From a virus (Duplodnaviria > Caudoviricetes), in IMG/VR virus record IMGVR_UViG_3300005512_000001, positions 192,001 through 256,000 of that record: 64,000 bases of DNA. One strand, written 5' to 3'. Position 1 is the stretch's first letter; each line of letters opens with the position of its first letter. A program made the translations under genes and the position numbers. Positions 18,535 to 29,580 of this stretch are shown here, one piece after another. The notes under the pieces are model-generated. The model worked only from the letters and a program-made list of their open reading frames with translations, made no database searches and was not told where the DNA came from.

Positions 18535-18808
18535 TACTATATTCTTTGTCGACAACAAAATTACTAGTACTTATTGTTCTGTAGCACTTCATTACGCTTG
18601 GTCTTACATCTCTTAGTTGTGTGATTCGGTCCTCTAGACCTAATTTGCTAAAATAATTATTCCTAGACCTAATAAATTCTTTGTCTGAACTATTCAGTTT
18701 GTCTGTGTCTAGGCAATATAATTTATTATCTTTAGTTCCAAGAACTAACACTAGCATTCGCTTGGGGCTGTTATTGCCACGCTGATATCTAATCCAATAA
18801 AGTTTCAT
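18518..18808 (-). CDS. small basic hypothetical protein
   Basis: Fills the gap; TAAATATA motif upstream on the minus strand. Confidence 0.55.
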   Translation of the reverse strand: MKLYWIRYQRGNNSPKRMLVLVLGTKDNKLYCLDTDKLNSSDKEFIRSRNNYFSKLGLEDRITQLRDVRPSVMKCYRTISTSNFVVDKEYSINSSS

Positions 18809-18874
18809 AGTATTCGTATATATATTTACTACTAATAAGTGATTGATAAAATATACTTTGGATAAGGAGTATTT

Positions 18875-20257
18875 ATGGGCACGCCTTCAGGCGCAACTTG
18901 GGCAGTTAAGTGCAAAATAGGCGATAGACGCGTAGATGTTAGTGGCCATGTGATTCGGTTAGAATGGAAAAGCATGGTTAATGGCGGATATGTGATTCGT
19001 GTTAAAGTAGAAGACCCATATTTCCAAATTCTAGATACTGTAATTGAAGATAATGGTGCGTTATTGGAGACCGGCAGGCAGTCCGATAAACTCACATTAG
19101 TGGAATTTAAGCTGCAATGGATGTCGCAACCAGTCTTCGAAACTAAGACGATGATTGCGTTGATTTCTGATTTACATGCATCTGGTAAAGATTCAATGCT
19201 TGGGTCGTTTGAATTCATAGCAGTAGACCCAATATCTTATTTTGTTAATTCTGGAGACTGCTCTGGTACAGCTTATAATGGGAAGATTGGTGGGCCTGGT
19301 GGTGTAATAAGCCAAGTGTTGAAAGATTATATTCCGAAGTCAATAGGCGGATTTACAACTAAGTTTGAAGTTGGTGAAACAAATGATGAAGCTAGCACAT
19401 ATTGGATGATGCGGCAGGACCCAAAGACATTTATTTCGTCGTTATTGGATTGGTCTAGCCCATTTACGAAGCATAAAACATCGTGGCTTGTTGCAAATGG
19501 TCAAGATTCACAAGAGAAGATTATTTCTATAAATGTGCAGGAATCATATACTCCGTCATTGAAATATCCAGTTGGGATACCTGGCGATGATGGGCCATTT
19601 GTGTTGTCATATGGTGGCGGTGGCAATAATGCACCTGATATTTTGAAGTGGGAGATTTTGGCTGATAATTTTATATCGGCATTGAATGTTAAATTGCTGA
19701 CGAGTGGTATGTCGGCAATGTCTGGCCAATATTTCGATAAAATTTTGGACGATAAAGAGAATATAGTATATGTAAAAGATGAAAATACTAGCAACAAAGT
19801 AAGCCCAAAAATCAATAAACGACAGAGTTTTACTAAGCCTAAAACAGATACTGGCACAATATCTGGCACTGGTATTTTTCGGCCATATTCGAAGAGAGGT
19901 TGGACGCATATTTCCTCTATTCCTGAGGCTTATAGTGGTGGCGAGATTGGACATAAATATGAAAAGTATATCGATGGCCGTGCCCGCCAAAAGTATATGG
20001 AAATGCTTAATATGTTGATGCGTCTTAGGGTGACTGCTAGAGGGCAACCTAGGTTGTATGATTCTACTGAACTAGGTAGGTCTAAAGTAACTGTTAGATG
20101 GTTAAAGCCTAATGACGAAGATGGCGGCGGAACTAAACCTCGATTTTTGGATGGTGATTGGCTTCTTTATGGTTGGCATCATATTTTGTCGGCTCGTGGG
20201 TGGGACACTGATGTGTATCTTGCGAGGCTCGACTGGAATGCTAGTGCGATAGGATAA
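18875..20257 (+). CDS. baseplate hub protein (gp27/gpD-like)
   Basis: C-terminal ARGQP.L..G.WLLYGWHH pattern; precedes tape measure. Confidence 0.55.
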   Translation: MGTPSGATWAVKCKIGDRRVDVSGHVIRLEWKSMVNGGYVIRVKVEDPYFQILDTVIEDNGALLETGRQSDKLTLVEFKLQWMSQPVFETKTMIALISDLHASGKDSMLGSFEFIAVDPISYFVNSGDCSGTAYNGKIGGPGGVISQVLKDYIPKSIGGFTTKFEVGETNDEASTYWMMRQDPKTFISSLLDWSSPFTKHKTSWLVANGQDSQEKIISINVQESYTPSLKYPVGIPGDDGPFVLSYGGGGNNAPDILKWEILADNFISALNVKLLTSGMSAMSGQYFDKILDDKENIVYVKDENTSNKVSPKINKRQSFTKPKTDTGTISGTGIFRPYSKRGWTHISSIPEAYSGGEIGHKYEKYIDGRARQKYMEMLNMLMRLRVTARGQPRLYDSTELGRSKVTVRWLKPNDEDGGGTKPRFLDGDWLLYGWHHILSARGWDTDVYLARLDWNASAIG

Positions 20258-20261
20258 TAGT

Positions 20262-23144
20262 ATGGACGGCGTTAGTGAATTATCTATAATGATGTCTATT
20301 GATGAGCAAAGCCTTGGCGATATGTTTAAGGCTTTACAGCAAGCTGCGCAAGAAGTGCAGGCTCTAAATGTGGCTTTTGACGAAATGCATAAGGTTGGTG
20401 GCGAGCAAGTCAAACAGACTCAAACCATACTCGCGCTTCAGGAGGATTTAATTAAACGTGCCGATATGATGGTTAGGTTGCATAAAGACGACACTGAGGA
20501 GATGCAAAATGTCTTGCGAACTTTGGAAGGTGTCGAAGTTATATTGAAGGGAATTTCCAAAGAAGATATGGAGTTATTCCCAGGTCAGCCAGCCAAAATA
20601 TCTACTTTGGCTGGTGATATAACTAGGATTAGGAAAGAGATTAATGGTGCTGTGGACTCCACTAGCGCATGGGCTAAGGCATTTGAAGAGGTTGGATTAG
20701 GGAAGCAATATGATAATCTAGTAAAATTTGGAACGTTGCTTGGGCAGATATCGTTTTGGTCTAAGATGTTCGCTGAGAATGCAAAACAGGCTGCAAACTG
20801 GAGGAATCAAAACTATCAACTATATGGCAGTTTGCAAGATATGGCAAGTATGACACGCAAAATAGCTACGGAATCTGCTTTGCTTCAAAAGGAAGCTGAG
20901 GCTGCAGCTAAAGCACTGGCTGATGTGGCGATAGACAAGGATAGCATGAAAGCGGCGGCTACGACGATTGGGCTATTCACGCTTAGAACAGGGGCGTCTG
21001 TAGAACAAACAGCCAAACTCGCAAAGTCATGGCAGGCATTGGGGATAGAGAATGCCTCGCTACAGAAACATTTAGATAAGACTGAAAATGCTATGGCGCA
21101 GTACGGCATTACAGGCAAAGATGCTGATGTACTCAATAAAGTTATGGCGGACAATGCTAGATTGCTGGCAACTGGGTTTGATGATATTGAAGAAGGAATA
21201 ACAAAAGCATCAGAACAGATGGTGATTTGGGCCGGAGAAGCTAAGGCTGCTGGTATGGATATGAGTGAATTATCTCAAATATTCGACCAATTAAATAAAG
21301 ATGCTAAGAAATATATTGTTTTGTTAGGGGAAGCAATAGATTTAGAGGACCCTGGCCAGCAATTTGCTATTATGGCTAGCAACGCTGGTGAGTGGATGAA
21401 TATAATAGATGGCCTGCCGAAGCATATGCGAGAGAGTTTCTCCAAAGATATGCTTGGTGTATCGGTCAAGCAGTTGTCAGAGATGACTGATGCGTTCGAA
21501 AATGCTGCTAAGGCCAGGGGGATAGATACTGCTGAATTACAGAAGCGAATAGATGCTGGGCAGGTATCTATAGAACAAATCAGTGAAGAGGCACGTAAAG
21601 AGCGAATATTACAAGATGCTACACGATCGCTTGCTGGGGCATTGGATTATCTTAAACAAGAGTTTGTCGAATTCATTACACCAATAGTAATAGCGACTGC
21701 TAAGTTTACGATATGGGTTAAGACCCTTCAAGACACATACCCAACGATATCTGGTATTGTTATGTGGATAATGAAATGGGGTATGGCTGCGGTCGCTTTG
21801 GGTGTTGTGTTGAAGAAATTAATGATATTGAAGTTTGTTGGTTGGCTTTGGAGTCTTCGTAGTGCTGCCAAGGGCGCAAGCACAGCAATTGAAAGTGTTG
21901 CTAAGCCAAGCCTATTTAAGAAGCTTGGGCAGGGCATAAGGGCTTTTATCGACTCATTCCAAGGTGCTATGAAATCTGCCGCAGCTATGGTGGTGGTTGG
22001 TGCAGCGATTCTGATATTCGCTGGCGCTTTGATTCTTATGGGTTGGGGATTTAAAACCTATGGCGCAGATATGTGGTATGGGCTGATAGCAATAATAGCA
22101 CTGATGGCTGCGGCAGCTATTACAATGTCATTATTGGCACCGCTTGGGCCAGCATTAATAGTGGTTGCTGCTGCATTTGTGGTATTCGGCGTTGCGTTGA
22201 TTCTTATAGCCACCTCAATTTTAATTGCTGCACATGCATTTTCTGTGATGGCAGAGATTCCACTAGTTCAGCTTGGCACAGATTTGTTATTCTTTGGCAC
22301 CACTTCAGTTGCGGCTGGTGTATTGCTGGTGGCAGGCATGGCTATGTTATCAGCAGCAATGTTGGTGGGTGCTGCACTCATAGTGCCAGGTGCAATATTT
22401 TATGCAGCTAGCATAATAATGGCTGGCGGAATTAATAATATATTTGGTGCATTGTCTGGCCGAGAGGCTACATTGGAAGCAACTAGTAAGCATTTTTATA
22501 ATGCTATGCGGGCTATCAATGCTGGCTCTTGGCAAATAGCAGACGCCTCGTGGGTTAAGTTCCGGGCTGGGGCTAAAATTCTATCTGGTGGTATAGAGCA
22601 GATTCTTGATGCTATAGATTCATCAGCTGTCGATAGGCTGCCAACATTTAATGCTGAATTTGCTAAGCTCGCGAGACTACCAGATGAAATAACTAGTAGC
22701 AATAAGATGCTGCATATGGCACGTGGAATTTCCATGGCTTTATGGACTATTAGCAACGGAATGCGGGCATATGCATATTATGTTGAGAATTCTGCTGCGC
22801 GGGTTAGCTCTGCGATAATGGAAGTAACTCGTTCAATGTGGCTACTGAAATTGTCTGGGCTAGATGAGATGGTACGCACAGCGGCCACTGTGACTGTTAA
22901 GACAGAACTCGAAGATAAACAAAGAGAGGCTGAAGATAGGGCTGGACAGACCGAACTACTTGAGGACATAAAGGGTGCGTTAGGAACATTAACATCTATA
23001 GTTGCAGATATAATTGTTGGTGGTGAAACTACAGCACACCTTGAAGAAATTAGGAAGCAGGTAGTACTGTGGCTGCCTGAGATTGCTGAAAAAGACAAGG
23101 GTTTGGCGACACAAACTAACCAATGGGGTTCTGGTCTTGGGTGA
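20262..23144 (+). CDS. tape measure protein
   Basis: 960 aa, helical and Ala-rich with long hydrophobic block; between hub and baseplate genes. Confidence 0.8.
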   Translation: MDGVSELSIMMSIDEQSLGDMFKALQQAAQEVQALNVAFDEMHKVGGEQVKQTQTILALQEDLIKRADMMVRLHKDDTEEMQNVLRTLEGVEVILKGISKEDMELFPGQPAKISTLAGDITRIRKEINGAVDSTSAWAKAFEEVGLGKQYDNLVKFGTLLGQISFWSKMFAENAKQAANWRNQNYQLYGSLQDMASMTRKIATESALLQKEAEAAAKALADVAIDKDSMKAAATTIGLFTLRTGASVEQTAKLAKSWQALGIENASLQKHLDKTENAMAQYGITGKDADVLNKVMADNARLLATGFDDIEEGITKASEQMVIWAGEAKAAGMDMSELSQIFDQLNKDAKKYIVLLGEAIDLEDPGQQFAIMASNAGEWMNIIDGLPKHMRESFSKDMLGVSVKQLSEMTDAFENAAKARGIDTAELQKRIDAGQVSIEQISEEARKERILQDATRSLAGALDYLKQEFVEFITPIVIATAKFTIWVKTLQDTYPTISGIVMWIMKWGMAAVALGVVLKKLMILKFVGWLWSLRSAAKGASTAIESVAKPSLFKKLGQGIRAFIDSFQGAMKSAAAMVVVGAAILIFAGALILMGWGFKTYGADMWYGLIAIIALMAAAAITMSLLAPLGPALIVVAAAFVVFGVALILIATSILIAAHAFSVMAEIPLVQLGTDLLFFGTTSVAAGVLLVAGMAMLSAAMLVGAALIVPGAIFYAASIIMAGGINNIFGALSGREATLEATSKHFYNAMRAINAGSWQIADASWVKFRAGAKILSGGIEQILDAIDSSAVDRLPTFNAEFAKLARLPDEITSSNKMLHMARGISMALWTISNGMRAYAYYVENSAARVSSAIMEVTRSMWLLKLSGLDEMVRTAATVTVKTELEDKQREAEDRAGQTELLEDIKGALGTLTSIVADIIVGGETTAHLEEIRKQVVLWLPEIAEKDKGLATQTNQWGSGLG

Positions 23145-23149
23145 TAATT

Positions 23150-23758
23150 ATGGGATTTGAACTAACTACAATTGATAATAAACTGATAAGCCAGGTTGTC
23201 TTAGATATGAGGGGTGAGGTAGAGCCATGGGTTGTTAAGTTTCAATTTCCGCCTGTCCTTAAATCAGATAATAAGGGCATAGATTATGAAGAGCGGAGTA
23301 TGTTTAATGTTGAACCAATGGCCATATTCAAAGGGTCTAAACCAAGGTCCATAACACTCAAATGGGTGTATATAGTTACTGGCTCGAAGCATAGTAATAA
23401 CTATGTGTGGAATTGTGAAAATATCGCTAAGGCAGTTAAGAGGATTCGCGGTTTTTATTACCAAACGAATAATGCATTTAAGAGTAAAGACCAAAGTATT
23501 CATTTCCAATGCTATGATGTTATCGGTTTGGTTACAAGCACAGATGGGATATCATTTAGGTCAGAGAGCATTGATATTAGCCATAGTGATACTATAGTCA
23601 ATGACGGTACTGGTGTCTATCCACTAAAGACTGAATTTTCCATGAAATTAAAATTGTGGTCAAATGGAGAGATACGAGAAGGCGGAGAAATAAAAGAAAT
23701 GATTAAACTTCCGTGGTTAAGTGAAGTCTCGACTATATTGCAACCTCAATGGAGATAA
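23150..23758 (+). CDS. tail tube initiator / baseplate-tube junction-like protein
   Basis: FQFPP..SD.K..YE..EP..FKGS.PRSITL; follows TMP. Confidence 0.55.
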   Translation: MGFELTTIDNKLISQVVLDMRGEVEPWVVKFQFPPVLKSDNKGIDYEERSMFNVEPMAIFKGSKPRSITLKWVYIVTGSKHSNNYVWNCENIAKAVKRIRGFYYQTNNAFKSKDQSIHFQCYDVIGLVTSTDGISFRSESIDISHSDTIVNDGTGVYPLKTEFSMKLKLWSNGEIREGGEIKEMIKLPWLSEVSTILQPQWR

Positions 23759-24054
23759 TGATGGTTGATGTGCCGTTAAATTCTAGATATTTGAATACCA
23801 GTGCTATCAAACACAATGGGAAAGAAACATTAGGTTTGTGGTCTGGCGAAGATTGGTTGGAATCAACACCAACATCTACTATAGTAGCTACTGCAAGCCA
23901 AGCTGGTAGGGCAGATTTGATTGCTGCCCAATATTTGGGTTCAGTAGATTTCTGGTGGGCTATTTTGTACTACAATAACAAGACAGATATAAATTGGCCT
24001 AGGGCTGGTGACGAAGTGCAAATACCCAGTGCTGCTTATGTGCTTGGAACATAA
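23758..24054 (+). CDS. baseplate wedge gp53/LysM-like protein
   Basis: GRADLIAAQYLGS..WWAILYYN..GDEVQIP. Confidence 0.8.
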   Translation: MMVDVPLNSRYLNTSAIKHNGKETLGLWSGEDWLESTPTSTIVATASQAGRADLIAAQYLGSVDFWWAILYYNNKTDINWPRAGDEVQIPSAAYVLGT

Positions 24055-26150
24055 TGAGCGACAACCTTTCGCAAGTTTGGGACAGCTTTTTTGCCCAACG
24101 AATTAAGCCGCTGCAGATTCGGTTTAATGGGACATATCGTGCCGTGGTTGTCGAAACAAACGACCCACTACGGATGCGGCGTGTTCGGTTTAAAATGCCG
24201 GAATTGCATGACTGGGACCTAAAACCAGATGATTGCCCGTGGGCGGTGCCAGCATATGATTTGGGCACGAAAAGATGCGGTCGATTCTCTTATCCATGCA
24301 TAGGGGACCATATATGGATAACTTTTGAGAAGAACCATCCATATGGCCCTATTTATACTGGATTCGCCGACCCAACAAGGCGAAAATTTTATGCGCTACC
24401 ATCTCTGTACGGCAAAACACAAATCCCAGTGGACCAGAATAGCAATGTCACTCAACCACCAGATGATTATGATGAAGCATATCTACCAAAAGATGAAAGG
24501 CCAATGAGCCATGGTTGGCAAGACCGATATGGAAGTTTAGATATCCACAATGCAACGGGGTTTTTCCCGGCTGAGCATGCCGAGAAGACGCCGCCGCCGG
24601 ATGCAGACCCACTGACTAAGAGCGATTTCAAGCAATCGCAACATATACCAGAATCAAACAATCCTGATTCTAAAATGATGTGTCGTCTTACTAAGTATGG
24701 GATGCTGATTCTGCAAGCTGATATGGGCTATGTTTGGAAAAAAGAAGGCGGGTTGGGTGAATTTGAAGGTGATTTTGATAATGATGAAGAATTTGAAATC
24801 GCACGTTGGAAATACATGCAGCGAGTCTTGCATGAAGATAACCCAACAGGCCATGACCAACGCCGCATAATGCAACTCACAAGATATGGCCACAAGTTTG
24901 AAATGCGTGACGTTGGGTGGAACAAAACCAGAGAGGGTGAATTTTCGTCTGATGTGCGTATTATTGGTGATGGGGACGACCAGCGTTGGGTTAAAATGCG
25001 CACCAAAGGTGGTCATTTAATCCAATTATGTGATGTTGGCTCAGACCCAGAAGAAGATGAATTTATAAAGCGGCTGCTGATAGATGAAGCTAAAGAGCCA
25101 AATCTTGATGATGAAGACAAATTTGGTGACGATGCTAGATTTATTCGTTTCGTCACTAGGAGCGGCATAAAAATAGCTTTAGATGACCGCACTAGTGATA
25201 ATAAAAAAGCACAGAATCCAGATTTAAAGAATACCGACATTGGTATAGGGGTGTTGGTTAAAGGCCGAGCGACTCCTGGTACTATAGCTGACCCATATAG
25301 TGAGCAGTCTGGCAACCCAATTGGGTATTATTGGCAATTTGATGAACGCCCAGATAGAAATAGCACTACTTGGGGCACACCGATGGGCCAATTGATGGAG
25401 ATGGATGATAACGAAGAATTCTTGGCTATTTGTAGTAGGCTTCCATCTTTCCCGTCGTCTTGGAAAAATTTAGAAGACAATGAATTTCTAGAAAGTTCTG
25501 CTGAGGGCCAGAATCTGGCTTCATCTACACACCATCTTATTTTAGACCATGGCAGGGAGGCGATTAGATTAAAAAGTAGGGCTGGTTCTGGCGACCCGTC
25601 AAGAACCCAGAAATTGGGGGCTGCTGCGTCTGGTGAACACGCTGGGATTGAAATCCATGACGCGCCAGAAGACAACCCATGGACTGAAATTGTTGACATA
25701 GATAAACGTGGTATCTGGTTTAGTAGGCAAGAATCTGTTGGGATATGGCGGGCCAAAGATGGTTCGAATATTCATATTTGGCTCGACGACAATGATAATA
25801 ATATAGTACTACATAATGCAGAATCATCTGGGAAAGTACAAATATATTGTGCTGGGAATGTAGAAATTATATCTGATAAAGTAGTTGGATTGCGTGGTAA
25901 TGCTATAGAGATGAGTGGTAACCAGATACGGATGGATGCTGGCGGAACGAATTATACATTTGGGCCAGATGCTTTGCGTACAAATGGCAGTATTCACGCA
26001 ACAAATGTTTTTGCACGACTTCCGAACGCAGAACGGCCCGCAGTGGTTAGTGGCAGAGGGATTGGTGAGGCATCTGGAGGTGGAGACCCAGTATCAAATT
26101 TACAAGTGGAAGCATTACCTGGTAAAGTAGAACCAGAAAATAGACTATGA
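24054..26150 (+). CDS. baseplate hub/spike gp5-like (OB fold + beta repeats, no lysozyme domain evident)
   Basis: YRAVVVETNDPL..RVRF..PWA.P..P.IGD.IWITFE; repeated TxxGH..D. Confidence 0.8.
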   Translation: MSDNLSQVWDSFFAQRIKPLQIRFNGTYRAVVVETNDPLRMRRVRFKMPELHDWDLKPDDCPWAVPAYDLGTKRCGRFSYPCIGDHIWITFEKNHPYGPIYTGFADPTRRKFYALPSLYGKTQIPVDQNSNVTQPPDDYDEAYLPKDERPMSHGWQDRYGSLDIHNATGFFPAEHAEKTPPPDADPLTKSDFKQSQHIPESNNPDSKMMCRLTKYGMLILQADMGYVWKKEGGLGEFEGDFDNDEEFEIARWKYMQRVLHEDNPTGHDQRRIMQLTRYGHKFEMRDVGWNKTREGEFSSDVRIIGDGDDQRWVKMRTKGGHLIQLCDVGSDPEEDEFIKRLLIDEAKEPNLDDEDKFGDDARFIRFVTRSGIKIALDDRTSDNKKAQNPDLKNTDIGIGVLVKGRATPGTIADPYSEQSGNPIGYYWQFDERPDRNSTTWGTPMGQLMEMDDNEEFLAICSRLPSFPSSWKNLEDNEFLESSAEGQNLASSTHHLILDHGREAIRLKSRAGSGDPSRTQKLGAAASGEHAGIEIHDAPEDNPWTEIVDIDKRGIWFSRQESVGIWRAKDGSNIHIWLDDNDNNIVLHNAESSGKVQIYCAGNVEIISDKVVGLRGNAIEMSGNQIRMDAGGTNYTFGPDALRTNGSIHATNVFARLPNAERPAVVSGRGIGEASGGGDPVSNLQVEALPGKVEPENRL

Positions 26151-26872
26151 TAATTAATTATCCAACAGGCTCGTATGTAACAGTTCTCCCACAAGACCCG
26201 GATGAGTCTACTAGTGTGGTGTATACTGTAAGTGATACTGACCCGCCAAGATTGCCATTAAATACTAGCCAAATACCAACTGGTATCGAGGCTAGAGCAA
26301 GAAGCCCAAGAACTATGTCTGATGCTGTTCGAAGGGCAAATTTGGGTGAGTTGATATTTACTATTAAGAATAATCAACCAGCAGATACAGTCGTGGGCGG
26401 CCAATTGTTTTATGTGGGGGAGGTTTTAGAATTTACTAATGAGACCACTAATTCTGTGGGAACAATAAATAGTGCTATTGAGACACAACACGATTTATTG
26501 CGGGTTGGGCCAGAAAATATTGGGCTAAATAATGATGAACTTTTAAATATCGAGGCAAATGCTGTTGCAGTACAAACACAAACTTTGTTAGAATTGGAAG
26601 GTTTGCAGAAGCGCAAAGATGATTTAGAAGTTGATATTATAAGCCAACAAAAAATTATCAACGAGGCTAATAGGGTTATTAGTGGTTTGGATATCATTTT
26701 AGATAAAGACCCTGGCAATATAGGAATTCAGAATGCAAAGGCTCAAGTAGAACAATCAAAAAACACTGCACAGGAAACCATAGATAATGATATTGTAGAA
26801 TTGAACACGTTGCCCGACTCAATCAGGGCTAAGCACGACGAACTTAGGTCTCTAGCTACGTTGATAACTTAA
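26147..26872 (+). CDS. hypothetical coiled-coil baseplate-region protein
   Basis: ATGA coupling; heptad-rich C-terminus. Confidence 0.55.
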   Translation: MIINYPTGSYVTVLPQDPDESTSVVYTVSDTDPPRLPLNTSQIPTGIEARARSPRTMSDAVRRANLGELIFTIKNNQPADTVVGGQLFYVGEVLEFTNETTNSVGTINSAIETQHDLLRVGPENIGLNNDELLNIEANAVAVQTQTLLELEGLQKRKDDLEVDIISQQKIINEANRVISGLDIILDKDPGNIGIQNAKAQVEQSKNTAQETIDNDIVELNTLPDSIRAKHDELRSLATLIT

Positions 26873-26873
26873 T

Positions 26874-27263
26874 ATGGCAATTAATTACTACGGTTATAAT
26901 CCGCCTTTTTTCGGAGGCCATCAGAATGTTATGTCAAGGCAATCTGGTGACCAAATTATTGTTAATGATGTTTTGCAATTACTATTAACGAATAAAGGTG
27001 AACGTGTGATGCGTCCTGATTGGGGCACATTAATCAATGCGTCTGTATTCGACCCATTAGATGACCAGTTAACTAACCAATTAAAAGGCGACATCATAAG
27101 GCAATTGTCGGTAAATGAGCCACGTGTGGATATTAATGTTTCATTTGTTGTGAATGAAGATGAGTCTATACTGCGTATTAAGTTGAGTGGCACATTTACT
27201 AATGAGCCCAATCATATATTCGAAGAAGAGATAGAAGTACCTATCGTTAGGTTGGAGACATAA
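26874..27263 (+). CDS. gp25: baseplate wedge gp25-like
   Basis: LLLTNKGERVMRPDWGT..FDP..EPRV. Confidence 0.92.
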   Translation: MAINYYGYNPPFFGGHQNVMSRQSGDQIIVNDVLQLLLTNKGERVMRPDWGTLINASVFDPLDDQLTNQLKGDIIRQLSVNEPRVDINVSFVVNEDESILRIKLSGTFTNEPNHIFEEEIEVPIVRLET

Positions 27264-27264
27264 T

Positions 27265-28842
27265 ATGACAAGTGAAGGCACGTTATTTCAGCTACCAACT
27301 GACCCAGAAGAGTTTAGTGTACTTCTTCCGCCATCAGAACTTCGGAAAATAGATTTTAGTGCATTAGAATTTTCTACTGCAAGACGTGCATTAATTGAGT
27401 ATATCAAGACGTATTTCCCAAATGATTTTAATGATTTTGTTAATAATAATGGCGTGATGATGTTGGTAGAATTACTGTCGTATCTTACGGCAGTTCTTAG
27501 TTTGCGGTCCGATATGCTAACGAATGAGTCATTCTTGCCAACTGCTACTACAGAGGAAGCGGTTGCAAATCATTTGGCATTGATTGGGCAAGCTGTTCGG
27601 CGTGCGACACCAGCAGTTACTGATGTTGAATGTTCGGTTGTGAACCCAGTTGGCTCTGATGTGCGTATTACTGCCGGGTCGCAATTTTCAATTATTGGTG
27701 AAGATGGTGATGCTGTGGTGTATGAGTTGTTTAGGTCGCCCACTGATTTGACTAGCCAAATAGTAATTCCGTCTGGAAAACGTGGTGTGGTTGCATATGG
27801 TGTTGAGGGTACTACTACCAACACTAAAGTCACCAGTGATGGCGGGGCAAATCAAAAGATAACCATCAATTTGAGCGATAATGCTATTGAATCACCTATT
27901 AAAGTTGAAATCACTAGTAGTGGCATCACAGAAGAATGGAATCAAATTGACTTTATAGAACGTGCTAATGCTAATGATAAAGCTTATGAAGTTAGATTTT
28001 TTGATAATCGAATAGAGTTTATATTCGGCGACAATAGCACCGGTGTCATCCCTGTAGCTGGCTCAGAAATTTCGATGACATACCGCGTGGGCGGTGGTCT
28101 TAGAGGTCGCATTGGTGCTGGAGTTATAAATGAACAGCGGTCCGCTACGCCTGATTTCCCATTTACAGCCCCAGTGATAGTCACTTTTAGGAATATCACC
28201 CCGAGTTCTGGTGGCACTGATAAAGAGAATATTGAAGAAGCAAAAAAGAGGGCACCACGAGATTTTGCTACGCATGAAGCGATTATTACTGAAACCGATT
28301 ATGCACAATTGGTGGGGTCTTACAGCCATCCTGTGTTTGGTACAGTATCTAAAGCAGTTGCGACAGTTCGTACTGGTTTAAATGCGAATAGAGTTGAATT
28401 ATATATCCTGGCTGAGGGCGCTAGTGGGCCGATAGCACCGACCGCCGGATTGAAACGTGCAGTTGAAAGCTATGTTGATGAATTAAATGCGTTAACTGAT
28501 GACGCTGTGGTTCTAGACGGTAAGATAAGAGCTATAGATATAGACGCTACTGTGGCTATTAGTAGGAGTTCTGATGCGTCTATCGTGAGGATTAATGTTG
28601 ATAAGGCCATTGAAGATTTCTTCGCCTTGAAGAATTGGGAATTGGGCGAAGCGTTGTTCGTTTCTCAATTATATGATGCAATTAACCAGGTTGATGGTGT
28701 CAAATATGTTGATATCTTCGCGCCAGCTGACAATATTCTGGTGACTGGCAAAGTAGATAGTGGCGACCCCGGTGTTGATATCAATGAATTAATCTCTTTA
28801 GGGAACAAAGAGATTAAATATTATTATGAAGCAGCAAGATAA
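27265..28842 (+). CDS. gp6: baseplate wedge gp6/J-like
   Basis: DFSALEF..NESFLPTA; FGDN..G.IP; YRVGGG..G; GG.D.E.IEE.K.RAP; T..DY. Confidence 0.9.
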   Translation: MTSEGTLFQLPTDPEEFSVLLPPSELRKIDFSALEFSTARRALIEYIKTYFPNDFNDFVNNNGVMMLVELLSYLTAVLSLRSDMLTNESFLPTATTEEAVANHLALIGQAVRRATPAVTDVECSVVNPVGSDVRITAGSQFSIIGEDGDAVVYELFRSPTDLTSQIVIPSGKRGVVAYGVEGTTTNTKVTSDGGANQKITINLSDNAIESPIKVEITSSGITEEWNQIDFIERANANDKAYEVRFFDNRIEFIFGDNSTGVIPVAGSEISMTYRVGGGLRGRIGAGVINEQRSATPDFPFTAPVIVTFRNITPSSGGTDKENIEEAKKRAPRDFATHEAIITETDYAQLVGSYSHPVFGTVSKAVATVRTGLNANRVELYILAEGASGPIAPTAGLKRAVESYVDELNALTDDAVVLDGKIRAIDIDATVAISRSSDASIVRINVDKAIEDFFALKNWELGEALFVSQLYDAINQVDGVKYVDIFAPADNILVTGKVDSGDPGVDINELISLGNKEIKYYYEAAR

Positions 28843-28845
28843 TAT

Positions 28846-29580
28846 TTAAATGCTTTTGAGCCTATTTAAAATATTTTGGGTGTAATTGGGGCTTAGCTCA
28901 ACACCAAAATAATTCCTATCTTCTTGTTTGGCCGCTATTAGACTTGCACCACTGCCTGGGAATGGGTCAAAAACTGTACCGCCAGGTTTGCACATGGAAC
29001 GAACCCAAATTCTTAATAAAGCAACTGGCATTTGAGTGGCAATACCTTTCACCCTCTCATGGTGGGTCCCGGCAATGCGTTTGAATACAAATGTATCATC
29101 TGGGCATTTCCCACGAGGGTCTGCACGCTTGTCGTTATATTGTCGTTGTCGGTCTGACGGAATTGCTACACTAGCGGCGTCGAAATACGGAGTTCGGCTT
29201 TTTGTATATCGCAATATGTGTACTTTGCTTTTAGTAAATCTTTTGCGTGTATCTAGTTTTCCGCTTTGCCCGAATTTATAATGCCATATAATCCAATTTT
29301 CGCGATTTAATTTCAGTTTACGGCACAAGATATCAATATCTGACACATATTCGTCGCCCATGCATACAAGCATATTGCCATCTGCGTGTAGCAATCTCTT
29401 GCATTCTGTTAACCATTTCCCACACCAACCAAGGTAATCGCTATCAGACCTATCATCATTATAGGAATCATATTGATATCCTATATTGAATGGAGGGTCT
29501 GCAATAATTAAGTCAGCAAAGGGATTGGTAGTCGATTGCATCCAACTGAGGCTGTCACTATTTAAACATGTATTTAACAT
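28846..29580 (-). CDS. beta-class N6A/N4C DNA methyltransferase
   Basis: Motif IV DPPFN precedes motif I FDPFPGSG. Confidence 0.9.
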   Translation of the reverse strand: MLNTCLNSDSLSWMQSTTNPFADLIIADPPFNIGYQYDSYNDDRSDSDYLGWCGKWLTECKRLLHADGNMLVCMGDEYVSDIDILCRKLKLNRENWIIWHYKFGQSGKLDTRKRFTKSKVHILRYTKSRTPYFDAASVAIPSDRQRQYNDKRADPRGKCPDDTFVFKRIAGTHHERVKGIATQMPVALLRIWVRSMCKPGGTVFDPFPGSGASLIAAKQEDRNYFGVELSPNYTQNILNRLKSI

